Under the pieces are notes generated by a model. That model saw nothing but the letters and a program-made list of their open reading frames with translations, had not been told where the DNA came from and did no database searches. Shown in pieces: positions 61,591 to 64,000 of a stretch of DNA of 64,000 nt (positions within the stretch are counted from its first letter, which is position 1; each line of letters opens with the position of its first letter). Source of the DNA: Octopus sinensis (Eukaryota); the NCBI RefSeq assembly GCF_006345805.1, contig NC_043005.1, positions 100,936,001-101,000,000 of the forward strand, in the 5' to 3' direction. Made by a program: the position numbers and the translations under genes.

Positions 61591-62579
61591 ACGGCTACCG
61601 AATAATTGTCACATATTACATTTACAGATAAATTCCTCTATTTACATAATATCGAGGTCTCTTTCTTTCTTTTGTTGTCTTACCGTTTTTATCAATATAT
61701 ATATTGGATAAAATTCCACAGATTAACATTTATCTCGTCAATGTATCACTAATTAAAGCAACCTTACTGTCAGTTTCTCTTGCTGCAGCTTAGACACAGC
61801 ACTGAGGATATACTAAAAGAGAACCAAAGCTTTATAACTTTACTTCATTAAACCATCAGATAATAAATGCAAGAAATAATGGCAAAATAGAAGTAGTTAT
61901 GTGAACACAGCCAAACAGACAGACAGATAGACCGACAGACAAACTTAATGACTGTTAAATCCGTCACTGAAACACCACAAAATTGTGACTCACAAATATA
62001 TTTGTCAAGCAGCTAATAAAAATCTTGAGTCATCGAGTTATCAGTGATACTTAATCAACAAGGTGCTTGTTGAAAGAATTCCCTTAATTCATGTGGTAAA
62101 TTGGAAAAGCTAAAATATATCAATACGGAATTTCTTTGAAATGAAATATATGGCTAGCTGGCACAATGACAATAAAACTATGAGGAAAGGTACAGTAGCC
62201 AAGTAACGGCAATGTAGATTAAAGGGCAGAAGTGATTAGATAACAATAAGCCTCAAGAGAGGAAAAGGACTGTGATGACTCGAAGAGTAATCAAACATAA
62301 ACATTCAACCGATGGAATATTTAAATAAGAATCTCTGAGAATGCTAATGCAATGAAATTCTAGCAGAAATGATCAAACAATCAGAATGTCAATATGGTTC
62401 AGAATAGAACAAAGGAAGACACAGTACAAAAGTTCTCATTACAACCCTTGGCAGGAATTTTCTATGAATTGTTCTAATGATATCTTTTAATCTCTCAAAA
62501 TTTATTCTTGTTTTCCAGACAACATTTCAGATTCCCAAATCATTTGTTGTTTGGATGAATTGAGAAATAATAATTTATA

Positions 62580-62960
62580 ATTAAGGCACAAGAATGGCAA
62601 TTTGAAAGGGAAGGGGTATGTCCATATCATTGATCCCAGTGCTTGACTAGCACTTTATTTTATTGGCCCTGTAGGGATCAAAGGTAAGGTTGATCTCAAT
62701 GGAAAGAAATAACACAAGGCATTTTATTCTGATGCGGCAACATTCCTGCCAACTTGCAACCTTCACAATGATGGTTTCTGATTCAGGCACAAGGGCAGCA
62801 ATTATTAGAAGAATGACTTAGTTGATTATTACATTGACCCCAGTATATGACTGGTATTTTATTTTACCAATCTTGCGGGGTGGGGATGAAAGGCAAAGTT
62901 CAACTCAGAACATAAAGAGCAAGTAGAACTTCCATGAAGGATTTTGTGCAATGCTCTAAT
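62580..62960 (-). mobile_element. Two decayed SINE family B copies
   Basis: GACCCCAGT..TGGTAT/ACTT..GATGAAAGGCAAAG blocks. Confidence 0.6.
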
Positions 62961-63187
62961 GCAGCATTTCTCAACCAGGGTTCCACAAAAGGTTCCAAGG
63001 GGTTCTCTGAGAAAGAGTGAGAAAGCTTGTGCTAATTTCACGATCAAAATATTACTATACATGCACAACATATTATTGGTTGTTGTAATATTGTAATATA
63101 AACATCATCCTAGCTAACCTACGATGTCATCGAAAAAATATAACAACCATACACACACATATGTATATATATGTGTATATATATATA

Positions 63188-63265
<78 letters not shown>

Positions 63266-63399
63266 ATACTTACATGTGAACTACGATGGAAAAAATATAA
63301 GATATGATATATAATTTTTTTGTGCAGGGGTATCCTTGAGACATGTAATTTATTTTAAGGGTGAAAAGGTTGAGAAACCCTGCTCTAATGAGTCATCCT

Positions 63400-63520
63400 A
63401 TGAGAAGGATAAAGGAGATGCCTTAAAGAGAAGTTGTTACAGAAAGAGTTATAACCTAATTAATTAGGAACAGAATTAGATTAGATCAGATGCAGTTTGG
63501 TTTTGTACCAAGAAGACAAC
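63400..63520 (+). mobile_element. RTE RT fragment
   Basis: KGDALKRSCYR and RIRLDQMQFGFVP. Confidence 0.6.
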
Positions 63521-63777
63521 AACAGGATTACTTTGGTCTTTCTGAATGATTCCTTAGTAAACAGAACAAACACATGACTGGGATAATCAGGCCTGAATGT
63601 GACACGTAAAATAACAGTCAGAGTAAATAGCACAAAATCAAATTCTTATTCCAAAAAACCTAAATCATATTTAGTTATACTGGGAAACACAAAAAAGTTA
63701 CAAGTTCTTATACTCTGCTTTTCTGATATACTCAGACCTTAAGGCTCAGGTTACTTTAACCAGCAATAGTTAATACC

Positions 63778-63995
63778 TATTTCTTTACTACCCACAAGGG
63801 GCTAAACACAGAGAGGACAAACAAGGAGAGACAAACGGATTAAGTCAGTTATATCGACCCCAGTGCATAACTGGTACTTATTTAATCGACCCCAAAAGGA
63901 TGAAAGGCAAAGTCGACCTCAGCACGTAGTGGCAGATGAAATACTGCTAGGCATTTTGCCCGGCGTGCTAACATTTCTGCCAGCTCACCGCCTTC
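63778..63995 (-). mobile_element. SINE family B
   Basis: Near-complete reverse copy. Confidence 0.85.
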
Positions 63996-64000
63996 TGCAA

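Larger units (their letters stand above)
61421..61629. repeat. Fold-back palindrome (100-bp arms, 9-nt loop) with a hammerhead in each arm
   Basis: Arms 61421-61520 and 61530-61629. Confidence 0.9.

Noticed and set aside
1-64000. CRISPR arrays, rRNA or prokaryotic operons
   Set aside because: No repeat-spacer structure or prokaryote-like gene density; the DNA is eukaryotic and intron-like

Overview
AT-rich, microsatellite- and retroelement-saturated animal genomic DNA; the repeat families suggest a cephalopod, probably Octopus (inference). One host coding exon is recognisable: a 217-nt minus-strand exon (42909-43125) of cytosolic carboxypeptidase 6 (AGBL4/CCP6), so most of the window is probably giant intron. 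It holds at least four tRNA-derived SINE families (about 35 copies), RTE, R4/Dong-like and CR1/L2-like LINE pieces, a near-full-length but inactivated Penelope-like element (RT plus GIY-YIG), mariner, maT, Helitron and MITE remnants, and a CpG-rich NRF1/ETS promoter-like cluster at about 21.7 kb. The most unusual signal, absent from the ORF track, is a set of about nine minimal type-I hammerhead ribozyme motifs of several unrelated sequence families. One has a compensatory U3:A8 core at the 3' end of the young Penelope element, and several sit inside long fold-back palindromes that place a hammerhead on each strand. Nearly all other ORF-track entries are microsatellite or repeat artefacts. Repeat coordinates are read by eye and approximate (about +/-20 nt) unless landmarks are quoted.
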